Below are positions 1-12,985 of a stretch of DNA of 64,000 nt, one piece after another. This stretch comes from Vicugna vicugna. Lineage: Eukaryota. The notes below the pieces were generated by a model that was not told where the DNA came from, did not search any database, and worked only from the letters and a program-made list of their open reading frames with translations. The position numbers and the translations under genes were made by a program. The DNA is taken from positions 2,634,765-2,698,764 of the forward strand of contig MU057801.1 in assembly GCA_013265495.1 (NCBI GenBank), written 5' to 3'. Position 1 is the stretch's first letter. Every line of letters begins with the position of its first letter.

Positions 1-1218
1 GTCCACTGCACAATTTTGCTCCCCATTTACCTGTCGACAGACACGGAGGTTGCTTCCGTGTCTTGGCTGTTGTAAATAGTGCTGCAGTGAGCATGGGAGT
101 GTAGATATCTCTTCAAGTCAGTGTTTTCATTTTCTCCAGTTAAATACCCAGAAGTGGAACTGCCGGATCACACAGTAACTCTGCTTTTAGTTTTTGATGA
201 ACCTTCGCACTGTCTTCCACAGGGGCTGCACCCATTCACACTCCCACCAGCAGTGCCCAAGGGCACCCGTCTCCACATCCTCACCAATTTGTGGTCTTCG
301 TGACGATGACCATTCTGACAGGTGCGAGGTTGTCCGTCGTCGTGGTTTGACTTCGCATTTCTCTAATAATTAGTTTAGCACTGCTGAGCGTACTTCCATG
401 TGCCCGTTGACCATCTGTGTGTCTTCTTTGGAAAAGACGTCTATTCAGGCCTTCTGCCCACTTCTTTTTTTTTTAATTGAGTCGCAGTCAGTTTACAATG
501 TTGCGTCAATTTCCAGCGTAGAGCACAACTTTCAGTCATACATGAACATACACATATTCGTTGTCACACTCTTCTTCACCGTGAGCTACCACAAGGCCTT
601 GTGTATCTCGCCCTGTGCTTGCCCGTTTCTGATTGGATTGCTTTTCTGAGGCTGAGCTGTGTGAGTTGTTTATAAATGTTGGGTATTAACCCCTTGTTGG
701 TCACATCATTTGTAAATATTTTCTCCCATTCCATAGGTTTTCTTTCTGTTTTTTTGTTTGTTTGTCTGTTTCCTTTGCTATGTAAAAGCTTTTAAGTTTA
801 ATTAGGTCCCATTTGTTTATTTTTGCTTTTATTCGTTTTGACTTAGGAGCCAGGTCCAAAAAAATACTGACAAAGAGTGTTCTACCTATGCTCTCTTCTA
901 GGAATTTGATGGTTTCAGGTCTTACTTTTAGGTCTATAATCCATTTTGAGTTTATTTTTATATACGACGTTAGAGAATGTTCTAATCTCATTCTTTTACA
1001 TGAAGCTGTCCAGTTTATTGAAGAGATTGTCTTTTCTCCACTGTATATTCTTGCCTCCTCTGTTATAGATTAATTGACCACAAGTGCGTGGGTTTATTTC
1101 TGGGCTCTCTATCCTGTTCCACTGATCCATGTGTCTGTTTTGGGGCCAGTGCCATACTGTTTTGATGACTGTCGCTTTGTAGTACAGTCTGAAGTCAGGG
1201 AGGGTGAGCCCTCCGGTC
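1..1218 (-). mobile_element. LINE-1 fragment (ORF2 C-terminal part and 3' region), 5'-truncated and decayed
   Basis: Minus-strand peptides [23 protein letters not shown]...[13 protein letters not shown] and [18 protein letters not shown]...[13 protein letters not shown] are typical L1 ORF2. Confidence 0.93.
466..619 (-). mobile_element. Short L1 3'-terminal fragment nested in the older L1
   Basis: Poly-T tail then L1 3' end sequence; flanked by near-duplicate tgcccacttct (455-465) and tgcccgtttct (620-630). Confidence 0.7.
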
Positions 1219-1733
1219 ATGCATGTTTAACTAAGAGTCAGTCACCGGATGCACCCAAAGTCTTGTGCACAAGGAGGCCTGTGGCAGAGCTATTTATCCT
1301 CATGAAAAATTACAAACAACAGGCTTCACACATAAGTTATATGCAAGAGATTACTTTATAGTGCAAAAATTACATTTTCACTTGAAAAATCAATTAAGCT
1401 AATCAATTTATGGTGTGTGCACTCCTGTGTGTCTATTATACTTCAAGAAAAAATAACTAAAAGTTTTATTTTTGAAGAATACTTAATGACATACTTAAAT
1501 GCTAATAATATAATGTTAAGTAAGAGAGAATTGCATGTATCATTGGAGCCGAATTTTAAATATGTATAAAATTGTGTATATAAACATTTGTGTGTGTGTG
1601 ATTGAAAGAAATCCACAAAGATATTGTGGAAAATTGTCTGAGGACAGTGAGATTGTGTGCAAGTTTGCACATTTTCTTGTATTTGCTGTACTCTGCGGTA
1701 CAATAATTCAAATTTCCTGCATAACATTATTGG

Positions 1734-1796
1734 AGAGAGGGAGGAAAGAAAGGAAGGAAGGAAGGGAGGGATGGAGGGACGGAAAGAGGAAGAGAA
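1734..1796. repeat. GA-rich low-complexity / (GGAA)n-like tract
   Basis: gagagggaggaaagaaaggaaggaaggaagggaggg... Confidence 0.7.
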
Positions 1797-3119
1797 ATTC
1801 CACGGAGATCCTCTCACTTGACACGTGGACATCTAGGGACAGCTGGAAACGTTGAAAGACTCAAACCCTAGTTACATACGTTTCAATTATTTGAAAAGCG
1901 TTTTTGTGGTTTGGCTTCCAGCCCCCAGTCTCTTCCCAAAGCTCCAGAGTCCAGGAGAAGAAAGGTGCCCAGCGTGTGCCTCCTCCTCTAGACCAGGCAC
2001 GTGGGCCCCGCCGTGCACAGCTGCTTACCGGACTCTGAGGGCGGCCCTCCTCTCTGGGGTGCAGACGCACTGCTGGCAGGGGTTAGGATGTGACAATGAG
2101 TCCACCGAGGAGGGCGGTGCCGGCCCCACAAGGCCCGGAGCTGGCTCTCCTGCCACCAAATCCACCCCCGGGAGAAATGCCCAGAAACCAGCTCAGTCAC
2201 CACGGAGGGAGATTCATGTTCAATCAAGATGCATCTGATCCTAGCAGCTAGGCTGGCTCCGCCCTCTGAAAAGGAACCGCGTCGGAGCACAAGGACACAG
2301 TTACAAAACCAAAAATGTTCCTGTAAAGGCAGCCAAGAAGCTCTGACCCTGAATTCCCAAGGAGCTGGAGCAGACACACTGCACTGCCTGCCCGCAGGCT
2401 GCAGGCGAGCAGGTGGGGACAGTCACCATCATTTCAAATGATGAGGAACGACCACTGAGTGAGGACCGAAGGTCTCCTGGGAGTTGTTTGGAAAATGTTG
2501 GAAACACATCGTTTGAGAAGGACCAGGTAAAGAGCAAGAGAGAAAGCGGGGAAAGAGAAAGAAAGGCAATGTCTCTGAATGGAAAAAAATGCCTGCAGGT
2601 AATGTGCACCATCCGCTGCTAAGATGAGCTCATGGGAAACGCGACTGGGCCGCAGTGAGAAGAGCAAGAGGGTTGTCACCCGTCAGACTGAAATCCGAGT
2701 TCAGTGACAGCACCCAGCGCTCAGCACCCAGCACTCACAGGCCGGATGCAGACCCCGCCCGCTGCTGCGAATTCCTGCAGCCTTTGGGGGAAGAGTCTGC
2801 AAAAGCTGTTAAGTCTCCAAACGACACACTCACCGACCCGGCCATCTCGCCCTGGGAACTCATCCCACAGCAACAGGCAGCAACTTCCAAGGCCTGTGAC
2901 CAGCGGGGTCGCTGGGTGGCTGTGTGCTCAGATCTCAGCGTTTCTGAGGCAGCAGGAGACTGCACAACACCTGACTTCTCGGCAAAGTAAAAAGATAAAA
3001 GTCTTTGAAAAGAGGAGTTAAATGACCGGCGGCAGAGTTGTTCTCTGGAGAGTCAGGTGTCGGCGGATGGACCGCCGAGCTGGGAGGAGCGGGCCGTGTG
3101 TGTTGTGGGAACGATGGCT

Positions 3120-3265
3120 TTTATTGACACCTTTGTTGTCCTGTGGTTCCTGCACAGTAAACTGCACGTATTTCAGATGCACCATTTGATGAATCTTGAT
3201 AGATACAAACACCCATGAAATCACCACCACAATCACGACAGCTCACACTTCCATCACTCCCAAGG
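3120..3265 (-). mobile_element. Old L1M 3' end fragment
   Basis: aaactgcacgtattt...acacccatgaaatcaccaccacaatca...tccatcactcc resembles L1M 3' UTR. Confidence 0.55.
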
Positions 3266-4904
3266 GGTGCAATTAAAATTTTAAACTTTAAAAAAAAACT
3301 CAAGTTACAATCCCAGCTCAGAGGGTCTAAGTACATCTCAATTACGAAAGTGGAAACCACTCATCAAAGTGACAGCCCTCTGCTCGTCAAGATGTTTAGG
3401 TGACCGGGAAGCGGGGGCAGAGGTGTCGGTGCGGCGGGCTGGGTCGGCCCCCGTGCGGACCTCCCCCCCACACCCCCAGCAGTCACCACAAGGTGGGCTG
3501 GTCCCCAAAGCCCTCTGGCCCTGTGGACAGAGATGCCGGGGCTGCGCTTGTGGGCAGGACGTGGCAGGTGGCTACTGCTGGGGCCCCAGGTCTGCCTCCC
3601 CGGCCCCCACCCTGAGAGGCCAGGCCGCCATGGACCCCAGCCCACCAACCTGGGGGACGTCAGCAGCTCTGAGTCCTCCTGCGGCCGTGGAGATGCCCCC
3701 ATACCTGGCTGACTAGGGGCGAGACGCCTGCCCCCGCCTTCAGAACGGGAGAGAGGGAGCCCGAGGGGGGGTGACCCACCCTCACCCCACAGCTTCCAGG
3801 CGGCGGTCAGGGCCCAAGCTTGAGCCCCAGACCCCAGCAGCCTCCAAGGCCATGTCTCCCAGCTCCGCCTGCCTGTTTCTGACGCTACAAGTTCTGACTA
3901 AGCCTTGCCCCCCCAACCCCAGCAGAGTGGCCCCGCTATCATCTCCGACTGGGAGGAGCTGCCCTCGAGCTGGAGCCCATAAAATTCAATCCACGCCCGT
4001 CAGCTCAGAGCAACGGCCTTCAGGACGGCGTAAATCAGTCACAGGGGGCCTTGGGCTGTGGAGGACGATAAAACACACTGACGCTGGCAGGAGTTAATTA
4101 TGGTTTTACAAGAGTGTGCTCTCAGAGGCCGCTGAGTTCAAGCCAAACCCCAAATGCAGAGAGAAAGGAATGAAATTCATACGGGTCCCCAGCCTGGCCG
4201 TCCACGTAGGTACCAATATGCCATCACAATTAACACGTTTCCTTTTCCTTTAATGACTCACTTTGCAACAGCACAGTGTGAAAGATGGCGTCCCCTGTCT
4301 GCAGAAAGAGGCAAAGGCATTCTCAGAGGCACACACACATTTTTACAGAACGTTTTGCTTTGGGCAATGAGGAAATACATTAAGCAAAGAAAGGGTGTTG
4401 GGGCCACGGCCCATCCAGGCCTAATCATGCCGCCTCTCTCCAGGGACTTGGCCAGGACCCCATCCCCTGCCAGTCAGGGGAGCCAGTGGACACCCAGGCA
4501 GCAGGAGTGCCACAGAGAGGCGCTGGGCTGGCCCACGTCTGACTTGCGGAGCCACACAGCCTGCAGGGGAAACCACAGAGCAGTGAAGGTGCCTGCCCCA
4601 CGGCCAGCAGCCGGGGCACCGGGGCAGCCGGGAGAGGAGCTGGCACGGCCTATCAGGGTAGAGACAGTGGCACCCACAGGCCACGAGCATGTGTTCACAC
4701 CTGTTCCAAGGGCCACCCAAGATTCTGGCTGAGGATCATTTTAGGGATAACTGTACCTCTGAGGGGCTGCAACAGTGCACCTAGCAGTTCTCAGCTTGTC
4801 CACCTCACTGGGGGCTGGCTAGGGCCACACGTTCCAGGACTCCTGGACCAGAAGCCCTGCAGCGGGCCCAGCACAGCTCTAACAATCCCACGGGGTTTGG
4901 ACTC

Positions 4905-4991
4905 TTTTTTTTTTTTTTAAATGAAGAGACTGGGGATTGAACCCAGGACCCTGTGCATGCTAAGCACTTTCTCTATCCCTGAGCCATCCCC
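4905..4991 (-). mobile_element. tRNA-derived SINE (Vic-1-like)
   Basis: T-tail then ggggattgaacccaggacc...tgagc: reverse complement of a tRNA-like head with A and B boxes. Confidence 0.8.
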
Positions 4992-5418
4992 TTCTCCAGG
5001 TGCTGACTCTTAATTCCCTTCAACGCCTTCTTTTGAAGAGTATGCCTGGGAGAAATGGAGCCTGGCCCTGTGACGTGACGGTTGGAGTGACGGAACAGCC
5101 TGAGCAGGCAGTGAGTCTCCCGCCTCCAGGGGAGTTTAAACCAAGACCACGCTGTCATTGGGCAGGATGAGGCCCCTGGCATTCAACTGTGCAAAAACAG
5201 CAGGACGAATTGATGCATGGTGGATAAAGCCAATGCAGAGAAAGTTACCTGTGGCTTCCGGGGTGACACATGAGTGTCCATGGAACAATTCATTCAACTT
5301 TTCTGAAAATCATTATAATAAAAAGGGTGTTGAAGAAATCAAGTGAAGAATTGAGTTTCATGATCACCCCTTTGGCCCTGGATTCAAGGTTCTTGGACAC
5401 TGACACCCACCACAAACA

Positions 5419-5461
5419 TGCACACACACACACACACACAAACACACAAACACACCACACA
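5419..5461. repeat. Imperfect (CA)n microsatellite
   Basis: cacacacacacacacacacaaacacacaaacacaccacac. Confidence 0.85.
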
Positions 5462-7710
5462 TAATGTGTAAGTCCAACCAGCCCCGGGGCCAGAGGGTCA
5501 ACACTTCAAGATTAAAAAGCCACCAAAAATGGGACGAAGGTGAGGGAGTTGGTGAAGTCAACCTCGGCTCACCTGCACAAAGGGGCTTAGCTCAAGAAAG
5601 ACCAACCCAGGGTCGTGAAATTGCACTCTGGAGATTCCACACAAGGGCTATGCAAACTGACAGCAGAAGGAAAGCCAGAGAAATGTGTTACCCACGTCAG
5701 CGTGAAGCCCAGTGACCCAGCCGAGGGTCACAGACACCCAAGGTGAAGTACTCCTAGCGCCTAAGGGACTGTAATAAATGGGTCCTCCGAGGGGGACTGA
5801 GGCAGAGAAGCCGTCTCCCTCCACTCAAATCAGCAAACGTCTTCTGAAACCAGGAGGAGGGCAAACCAGGGCCGTGGGGTGGGCGGTGGAGACCCAGCTG
5901 TTCTCCAGGGTCTACCTGGACCCCGGGAGCTTCGAAATGCTCACTCCCAGCCCCACATCCAGGCCCAAGGAATGGGGGTTCACGCAGGAACAGTCTGCGT
6001 TTTCACCAAGCTTGCGGGGCTGCTCTGATGAGCGTCCCTGAGAACCCAGAGCCTACCTGGAAGCTGCAGGAGACTGGAGGCAGGTGCTCTTGTCACCCTG
6101 CCCACATCGCAGTGCCTGGCGGCGACGATGTGCGACTGGGGGGACACTGCACCGCCCCTGCCCTCAGCCCACAGCCCAGCAGCTTCCTCATCCCCCAGGC
6201 CTGCTCTGAGACCCCTAGCTGCCCAGCGAGAACCTGCTCATCAGCCCACCTACAGGGGCTGTGTCCCGCCCCACTCCACCCAGGGCCCCACCCACTCTCC
6301 ACCCAGGCCCCACCCACTCTACACCCATGGCCCCACCCACAGGGGCTGTGACCCAAAGAGAACAAGCCAAAGCTACTTATTGGGAGCTTCTGACAGCAAG
6401 GGGGGCTCAGCCACCGTCCCCGTCCCCGCGGGGCAGAGACGCACGCAGGCAGGGGAGTGGGAAACTCTACGACGGGAAAGGGAAGTTTCAGGCGGGCGGG
6501 GGCGCGGGAGGCGGGTGACCAGACGCGGGGCACGCAGGGCTTTCTTCGCTGGGTGATGCCAGGGCAGAATGGGGACAAAATTAGGGAAGCTGGAGGTTGC
6601 TGACCCGGCCGGACCGTTGGGCTGATTGCGGCAGAGGCTGTGGTCTGTCTCCCTGGCGGAGCTGCAGGGTGTGGGCAGGGTGCCCTGGTCACACTGTCCA
6701 CAGGAGCATGTGCCTCTCACCGGTACCCTCCCCAGATGCCAAGGACTCCGACCCTTGTCTCAGGTCTGCTGGGTGGGGGAGCTGAGCTCAGCGCGAGACC
6801 TTCCCTGAGGAGGAGGGTGAAGGTAAGCGCCTGTGAGCCAGCTGCGCTGAGGCCCCTGGAGGCCCCCCCAGCTCTCCGCATGCCTCCTTGCGGGTCGCAG
6901 GGACACCCGTCTGTCTCAGGTCCAGCAGCGGGCCTTCCTCTCCCCAACGCCCCCGGGGCCCACACAACAATGGCCCCAGAGAGGCCCACACCCAAAGCCT
7001 CAAACCTGTGACTGGTTCTTTTCAGGGGAAGGGAGGGGCTCTGCAGATGTGAAGAAGGACTGTGAGATTGGGCAGGGGGACCCTAGATGTAATCACATGA
7101 ACCTTCAGAGCAGAGAACGGGACTTTGGTGAGAAAGGGGTGAAGACGGGTCAGGGAGGTGCCTCCCTGGCAGTCGACAGCCCGTGTCCCCGTCCTGGGGC
7201 TGCTCTGCACTCTGGCACTCCAGCACCCTGCCCTGCGTCTCCCCTCCTTACCCTCCGGTCCCGGCCCCTCCAGGAGTTCCCCAGTCCCAGCTCCAGACCC
7301 TTGGGGGAGGGGTGTCCCCGACACCCCTTGGATATAAAACCCAGTTGAAGGGAGTTTAGCCCATGGTGGGACCTCAGGGCACGTGGGCAACACAGGTGGA
7401 CAGAGAGTCCAAATCTGCATGCGGCCCTTGGCTCTCCCAATGCCAGGTCACAGGTCACACTGCTGCCACTGTTCTGCAGCAGGAGGCTTCAATGGCTGCT
7501 GGGCGAGGGCCTGGATGATGGCTGCAGAGCCAAGTTCCCTGTCAGCACCACCACTTGCTCCTCCAGCAAACCTTCCTAGGGTCGAGTGGGCCCAAGGACG
7601 ACCCAGAGATTGAGGCTGAACCACCAGGGCCCCGAGCTGAGAGCCCCCATTCCTCAAAGAAGAACGAGTAAAGAGGGGCAACGCTGCCCTTCTGCCCACC
7701 TCACCAGGCC

Positions 7711-7881
7711 AGGGGCTGCCAGGTTAGCACATCAAAATTCAGGGAATTTAAATGTTGGAGAATGAATGATTTTAATATAAGTATTTCCCATGCAAAATTT
7801 AGGATATACTTATTAAAAATGTATTTGTTTTCTCTGAAATTCAGATTTACTGAGTGCCCTGTATTTTAACTGGCAACCTTA
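7711..7881. mobile_element. MER53-like palindromic hAT DNA transposon
   Basis: Terminal inverted repeats ggggctgccag...ctggcaacctta, internal inverted symmetry tataagtat / atacttat; AT-rich island in GC-rich DNA. Confidence 0.75.
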
Positions 7882-10039
7882 GGTAACGAGGTATCAGAGG
7901 CCAGACCAGGCCTTTATGGGAACTGGAAAGTTCAGCAGCGTTCTCCTATAGCAAGAAGGCCACAGCAGCTCTGGGGGGCTACATGTACAGTGGGATGGAC
8001 AAACAGGAGACACCTGTCCTCCTCCAACCACAGAGCACGTCTTTCAAGTCACCTGCCCACCTCATAACAAACTGAGTGGACGTGGGCCGATCACAACGCA
8101 CTCCAGCAGCTGCTGTCAGTCGCTGCTGAACTGCTGGGCTGCAGGGCCCCTGTGCATACTGCCCGGCCCCGGCCCCGGCCCTGCCCAGCACCGCAGCTGC
8201 AGGGTGAAGTCAGGGAGACGGGTCCCCTCCAGAGAGGTTCAGACCTCAAATCCCTCTGGACCCACGTGAGGCAGGTAACTTCCAAAGACGCTCACGACAA
8301 CACGTCCCCCACACGCCCTGCTTATGGGGACACGAGCGTGCTGGAGGGGGGTCTGCTCTCTCCCCTCCCCCTCCTTTGAATCTAGGAAGGTCGGCTGTTA
8401 CGGCAGAAGCACCAAGTGACTCTGAAAGCTGACTCGTACACGGGGGTGGCTGCCTGGATTCTGGGGACACTCACTCTTAGAACCCAGCCACTACACCGAC
8501 GGCCCCAGGGAGCCTGCCAACAACCAGGTGATCCCAGGCCCCAGCCTGAGGGTCCTCCCAGGGACATCCCAGACCTCGAGGACAGCGGTGTCCACACAAG
8601 CCCCAAGATCCACTGGGACGCGCCCCCCCGCCCACACCTCAGGCTGAGAACTGCGTTTCCCTAGAGGGGCCAAGGGCGGCTCGAGTAGGGGTCCCAGAGC
8701 TGAGGTGAAGTCCCCAGTCATGGCCCTGCTCATTTCTTGGGTCACAGCGCCACCGTGTGGACAAGGTTCTGCAGGTCGCCCGCTGCTCTTCACAGAGACA
8801 GGTCCAGACGACAAAGTGTAGCCCACCACCCCGATGACCATGCGGCCTTGAGAAAATGAAGAACGAGCAGGACACAGAGGTGTCACAAGCCCGTCAGAGA
8901 GTCCTCCCCGGGGACAAGCGGCTTTGTGTTCATTCCGTACAGCATTTAGGTGCGTGAAAGTCACACCCCCCAGACCCTTCCCTCAGGCGCCTCTCCCCGC
9001 CCTGCAAGGCTCTGTGACACTTTTGCCAACAGTCACACCCGGTGCCATGCCGGCACGCTTGCCACCATCAGAGACCCTGTGGCAGAGCTGGCGCCTCCGG
9101 GCTGGCCGTGAGGGTAGGGCCAGCACAGGCAGCCCCAGGTTCAGGCCCTGCGCCAAGGCGGGGACATGGGTGCAGGACAGGGGCCGGGGCCTCACTGCCC
9201 ACCTGGCTCTGCAGAACCTCCCACAGTTTCTCACCCCGTTGTGCCTCAGTTTCCTTGACTGTCAAATGACAGCACAGGACAGCTGAGAAAAGGGCCCGGG
9301 AGGGACAGAGGGTGCTGTCAACATGCCCTCGCACCACCACCACCTCTGTGGTCAGAGCTAACGAGCAGCCTCTGCTGGCAGAGCCCCGGGCTCCCAGCCC
9401 AGATGGAGAGACGGGGCAGGACGCTTGGGACTTGGCAGCATCAGGACAGCTTGGGTGCCCCATTCGCTCCTCGGCCACGTGGCCAGGTGGCTGGGGAAGG
9501 ACAGCCGAGAGACCCGGACGGTCTGGCCAACCAGCAGTGGGCACACCCTGGAGGCCAGGAGGACGTCATGGGTTCCAGTGACCTTCCAGGCCGAGACAGT
9601 TAACCCTGGAGGCAAAAAGGCCTCCTGGGGGGCTTGTGAAACTGACTCCTGGGCCCCACTCAGAGTCGGATCCGAGGTCTGGGGGAGGGCCCAAGACTGC
9701 TTCTCCATCAGGCTCCCAGGGAGTGCTGACCCTCTGGCCTGGGGACCGCCCTTCAAGCAGGAGGCGGGGGCAGGACGAGTGAGTCAGGAACAGACCAGCA
9801 AATGAATGAGCAGGACTCGGGACAGAGCCCACGACCCCCCAGCAGTCAGGCCGCGGATGGGGCAGAAACAGTGCACGTAACAGGCTCGCACACAGTAACG
9901 CACGCAGACACCGACGCGTGAACACGCAGACACAAGCCACACACACTTACACACAGACAGGCCCAGGCACACACGTTCTCCAGAGAACCGGCACCAGAAC
10001 CAGCAGGTGCCGGGCGGGGAGCAGGGGCAGTGGTGTGAA

Positions 10040-10355
10040 GAGATTTAATTTACTACAAGGAGCTGAGGCTGGCAAGTCCAGACTCAGGCCAGCCAGGGGC
10101 GCAGCTCTGAGTCGAGTCTGAAGCTGGGGGAGACTGGCCCCCGGGCTGGAAGGCGGTCAGGCAGAGACAGCGCTCTTCCTCCTCTTCTTCCTTCAGCGCT
10201 GTTCAGGCCGTCCACTGATCGGATGCGGCCCACCACACCAGGAGGGCCAAGTGCCTTAGTCCGTCTCCAGGCTCAGATACTGATCTACCCCAGAAACACT
10301 CTCATGGACCCACACAGAACCATGTTTGACCAAATGCCTGGGCACCCCCCCCACA
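10040..10355 (-). mobile_element. MLT2-like (ERVL) solo LTR fragment
   Basis: gaggctggcaagtcc...ttcaggcc..cactgat.ggatg.ggcccac...catgtttgaccaaatgcctgggcac resembles MLT2. Confidence 0.6.
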
Positions 10356-10979
10356 AGCACACGTACAGCCCCAGGGACCAGTAACGTTGCTCTCACCCCA
10401 GCTCCTTCCCCACCCTGGGCCTTTGCTGGTCCGCAGAGGACAGGGCACAGACCCATACCTGCTCTGAGACCCACGCGGTGCTTCTGAAAGCGAGAACAAC
10501 CCGCAGCACTGAGGACAGGCAGCAGTGACCGCCCACCACCGAGGTACTGTGGGGTCATTGCCCTGAGCACAGGGCAGCCCGCCCCCTGGCCGTGCTCGGT
10601 GTGAGGCCCCCAGGTCCTCAGCACAAGACCACCTGGGGAACTGAGGCTCGGAGCCCTCGCTAGGGTCACCCAAGAGCGTAGAGGCAGCGCTCCGGAACCC
10701 TCCTCACCACTGCGGGGCACGTGGACCACGCCGGGCAGGGCGCCGGGACCCTGAGCCAAAGGTGGGAGGTGGCCCATCACCCCTCAGCAAACCCTGCCCC
10801 CCTCCGGTTCCAGGCCCCGCGGTGGCCGGCCCCTGCATCCCAGTCCGCACTCGGTTTTCCTGCCACTTTCAGGGAGAGTCGCCCAGTCACACCAGCAGGA
10901 CAGTCCCCTGCAGGGGCCCTCAGAGTCCCAGAACCTGGTCCTGGGGAGGAGGAACCCCAAGCGGCTGTGCTTCTGAAAA

Positions 10980-11266
10980 CCCCTGCTCACTTATTTTGCT
11001 GCAAGGTCTCTCCCACGTGCCTCGAGGGCAGAAGTCGCGGAGGCTTTGCTCACAGCTCTCACCAACGCCTGCAGACAATCTCCCATCTGGAAACTTTCAC
11101 AAAGGAAGCGGTTGAGTTTACAGCTGGCAGATGTGGAGGCGAAGCTTCTGGCCAAAAGGACGCAGCAAGAAACCGCCATCCCCGCCCCCAGCAGGCGGTT
11201 CGCGGGGCGGGGCTCCCCCACCACCTCGCTGCCGGCGCCCCTGCCCAGACGGCCCTGCGCACAGCC
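10980..11266 (+). promoter_or_regulatory. CST7: Putative CST7 proximal promoter / 5' UTR
   Basis: Directly upstream of the start codon; C/EBP-like TTGCTGCAA (10996-11004) and ETS-like AAAGGAAG (11101-11108); motif matches only, TSS not visible. Confidence 0.45.
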
Positions 11267-11336
11267 ATGTGTCCAGCCTGGGTGCTGCTGACCGTCTGCA
11301 GCCTGGTCCTGGGCGCCACGGGGGGTCCTTCTCAAG
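11267..11336 (+). CDS. CST7: Cystatin F (leukocystatin) coding exon 1, signal peptide
   Basis: gccATG start; MCPAWVLLTVCSLVLGATGGPSQ is a hydrophobic signal peptide; donor CAAG|gtaag; 70 nt, phase 1 matches exon 2. Confidence 0.93.
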
Positions 11337-12864
11337 GTAAGAGGAAGAGGGGGGTCTCCCTGCCACATGGGGTGCTGAGCTTATTCCGCGACCCCACCCG
11401 TGTTCCCAAGTCACATTCCAGGGGACCAGACAGTGGCTGCCTTTGTGGGGAGCACCATTCAGAGGTGGGGGTCTGGACCACCCGGGACCGGGGCAGCATC
11501 TGTCCCCACGCTCCTGAGGTCTGCAGGTGGTCCCCACGGCTCCCTGCGGGGACAGCGTGCAGGGTAGCGGTCGGGCGGTTTCCATCTGATGGCGCATCCT
11601 TCCTGCCTCCAATGCTGTGCTGTGACTTGGCTGGAAGGACCCTAAGCCTTTGTCCTTCCTGCCATGGGGGAGGGGAGGAGGGGAGCCGCTGCCTGTGGGC
11701 CAGGTAACTCTGGCACAGAGACATTAGGTGATTTGCCCAGGTCACACAGCCCACGAGCACCTGCACACCAGGAAGCTGGTGCTCAGGGCCAAAGTGACCA
11801 GCGGGCAGGGACAGCCCCCAGACTGTAGCTGGCTTCTGCCCTCCTCCCTCTTTGAAGGGGGCTTGGGCCAGGCCACAGGTGACCGGCGTCTGGGCAGGAC
11901 ACCATCACCAACCCACTCTCGCACCTGCCTCCCCTGCCGCAGCCCCTCTGGCTGGCACAGGACCCCCAGCCTGGTCGGACCTACTCTGGATAGCAAAGCC
12001 CAGATGGACAAGGGTCCAGAGTCCACACCCCACGCGGGGGCCTTGGGGCCTGGAGCCTGCCCAAGCTGCCTTCTTACCACCCGAGAAGCGGGTAAATCAC
12101 GGCACCCCTGGGCCCTGGGGAGGCTGCCTCGGATGGCAACCCTGCCGTCCACTGTGCCGTCCACCCGCAACCCCATGCTGGGCCTCTGCTGGCCGGTGGC
12201 TCCCATGCCACAGGGACCCTTTCTGGGGCTCGTGTGTGTGACAGGTGACAGCCCCAGCGAGGGCCCCCGGCCCTTGTCCGTAGAGAGGCTTGGAGGCCCT
12301 GTCTGGTGGTCGAGCAGGGGCAGGAGCTCAGCCCCAGACCCCAGTCTCCTGAGAACAGGTTCCAGAGCCTTCCACAGGGGGAGGCATTGCTCCTGGGCAC
12401 CTGGCCTCCCCCACCTCGGTGCTGAACGGCACTGACCCCAGCACAGAGCCCCGCAGCCTCCCTGCCGAGCCCCTCAGACCTGGGAAGTTGCTGCATCGAT
12501 TTCTTCACCCCCCAGCCTTCCGTTGAAAAGGGAAAGAAAGCCCTTCTTTCTCAACCTGACTGCCATCTCTCGCAGGAAGCCCCCAGCCGAGCTCGCAGTG
12601 GCCCATCTTCCCACCATGGCCGCCTGGGCAGGGCCTGGGGCCGGGGCAGGAGCGAGAAGTGCCCAGAGACCACCCCCAGTGAGGGAGGTCCACGAGGGGG
12701 CCACTGACCCACTGTCTGCATTTAGAGATTTCTTTGTTCTGGGGGTACACTGGTTTGCCCTCAGCCATGGTGCACATCTGATATTTGGTGACGGCACCAC
12801 GGCACACCCCTCATCAACCAGACCTTCCCGTGGACGGTCTCGTGCATTTTCACCACCTCCCTGT

Positions 12865-12985
12865 GGGGTCGGGGCCACTGTCACCCCCGTGTACAGATGA
12901 GGACATGGAGGCTCAGAGAGGTGAAGCAGCTTCCCCAAGACTGCACAGCCTTTGGGAGGCAGAGCTGGTACTCAGACTCTGGACG
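12865..12985 (-). mobile_element. MIR SINE core
   Basis: tacagatgaggacatggaggctcagagaggtgaagcagcttccccaag...ggcagagctgg. Confidence 0.75.

Noticed and set aside
4905..4991. tRNA genes here and at 18496 and 40165
   Set aside because: tRNA-like heads are followed by SINE bodies and A-tails (one with a TSD) and have degenerate stems
10721..11707. 328-aa ORF extending CST7 N-terminally
   Set aside because: Starts at GTG with no in-frame ATG before 11267, and runs through the exon 1 donor into the intron
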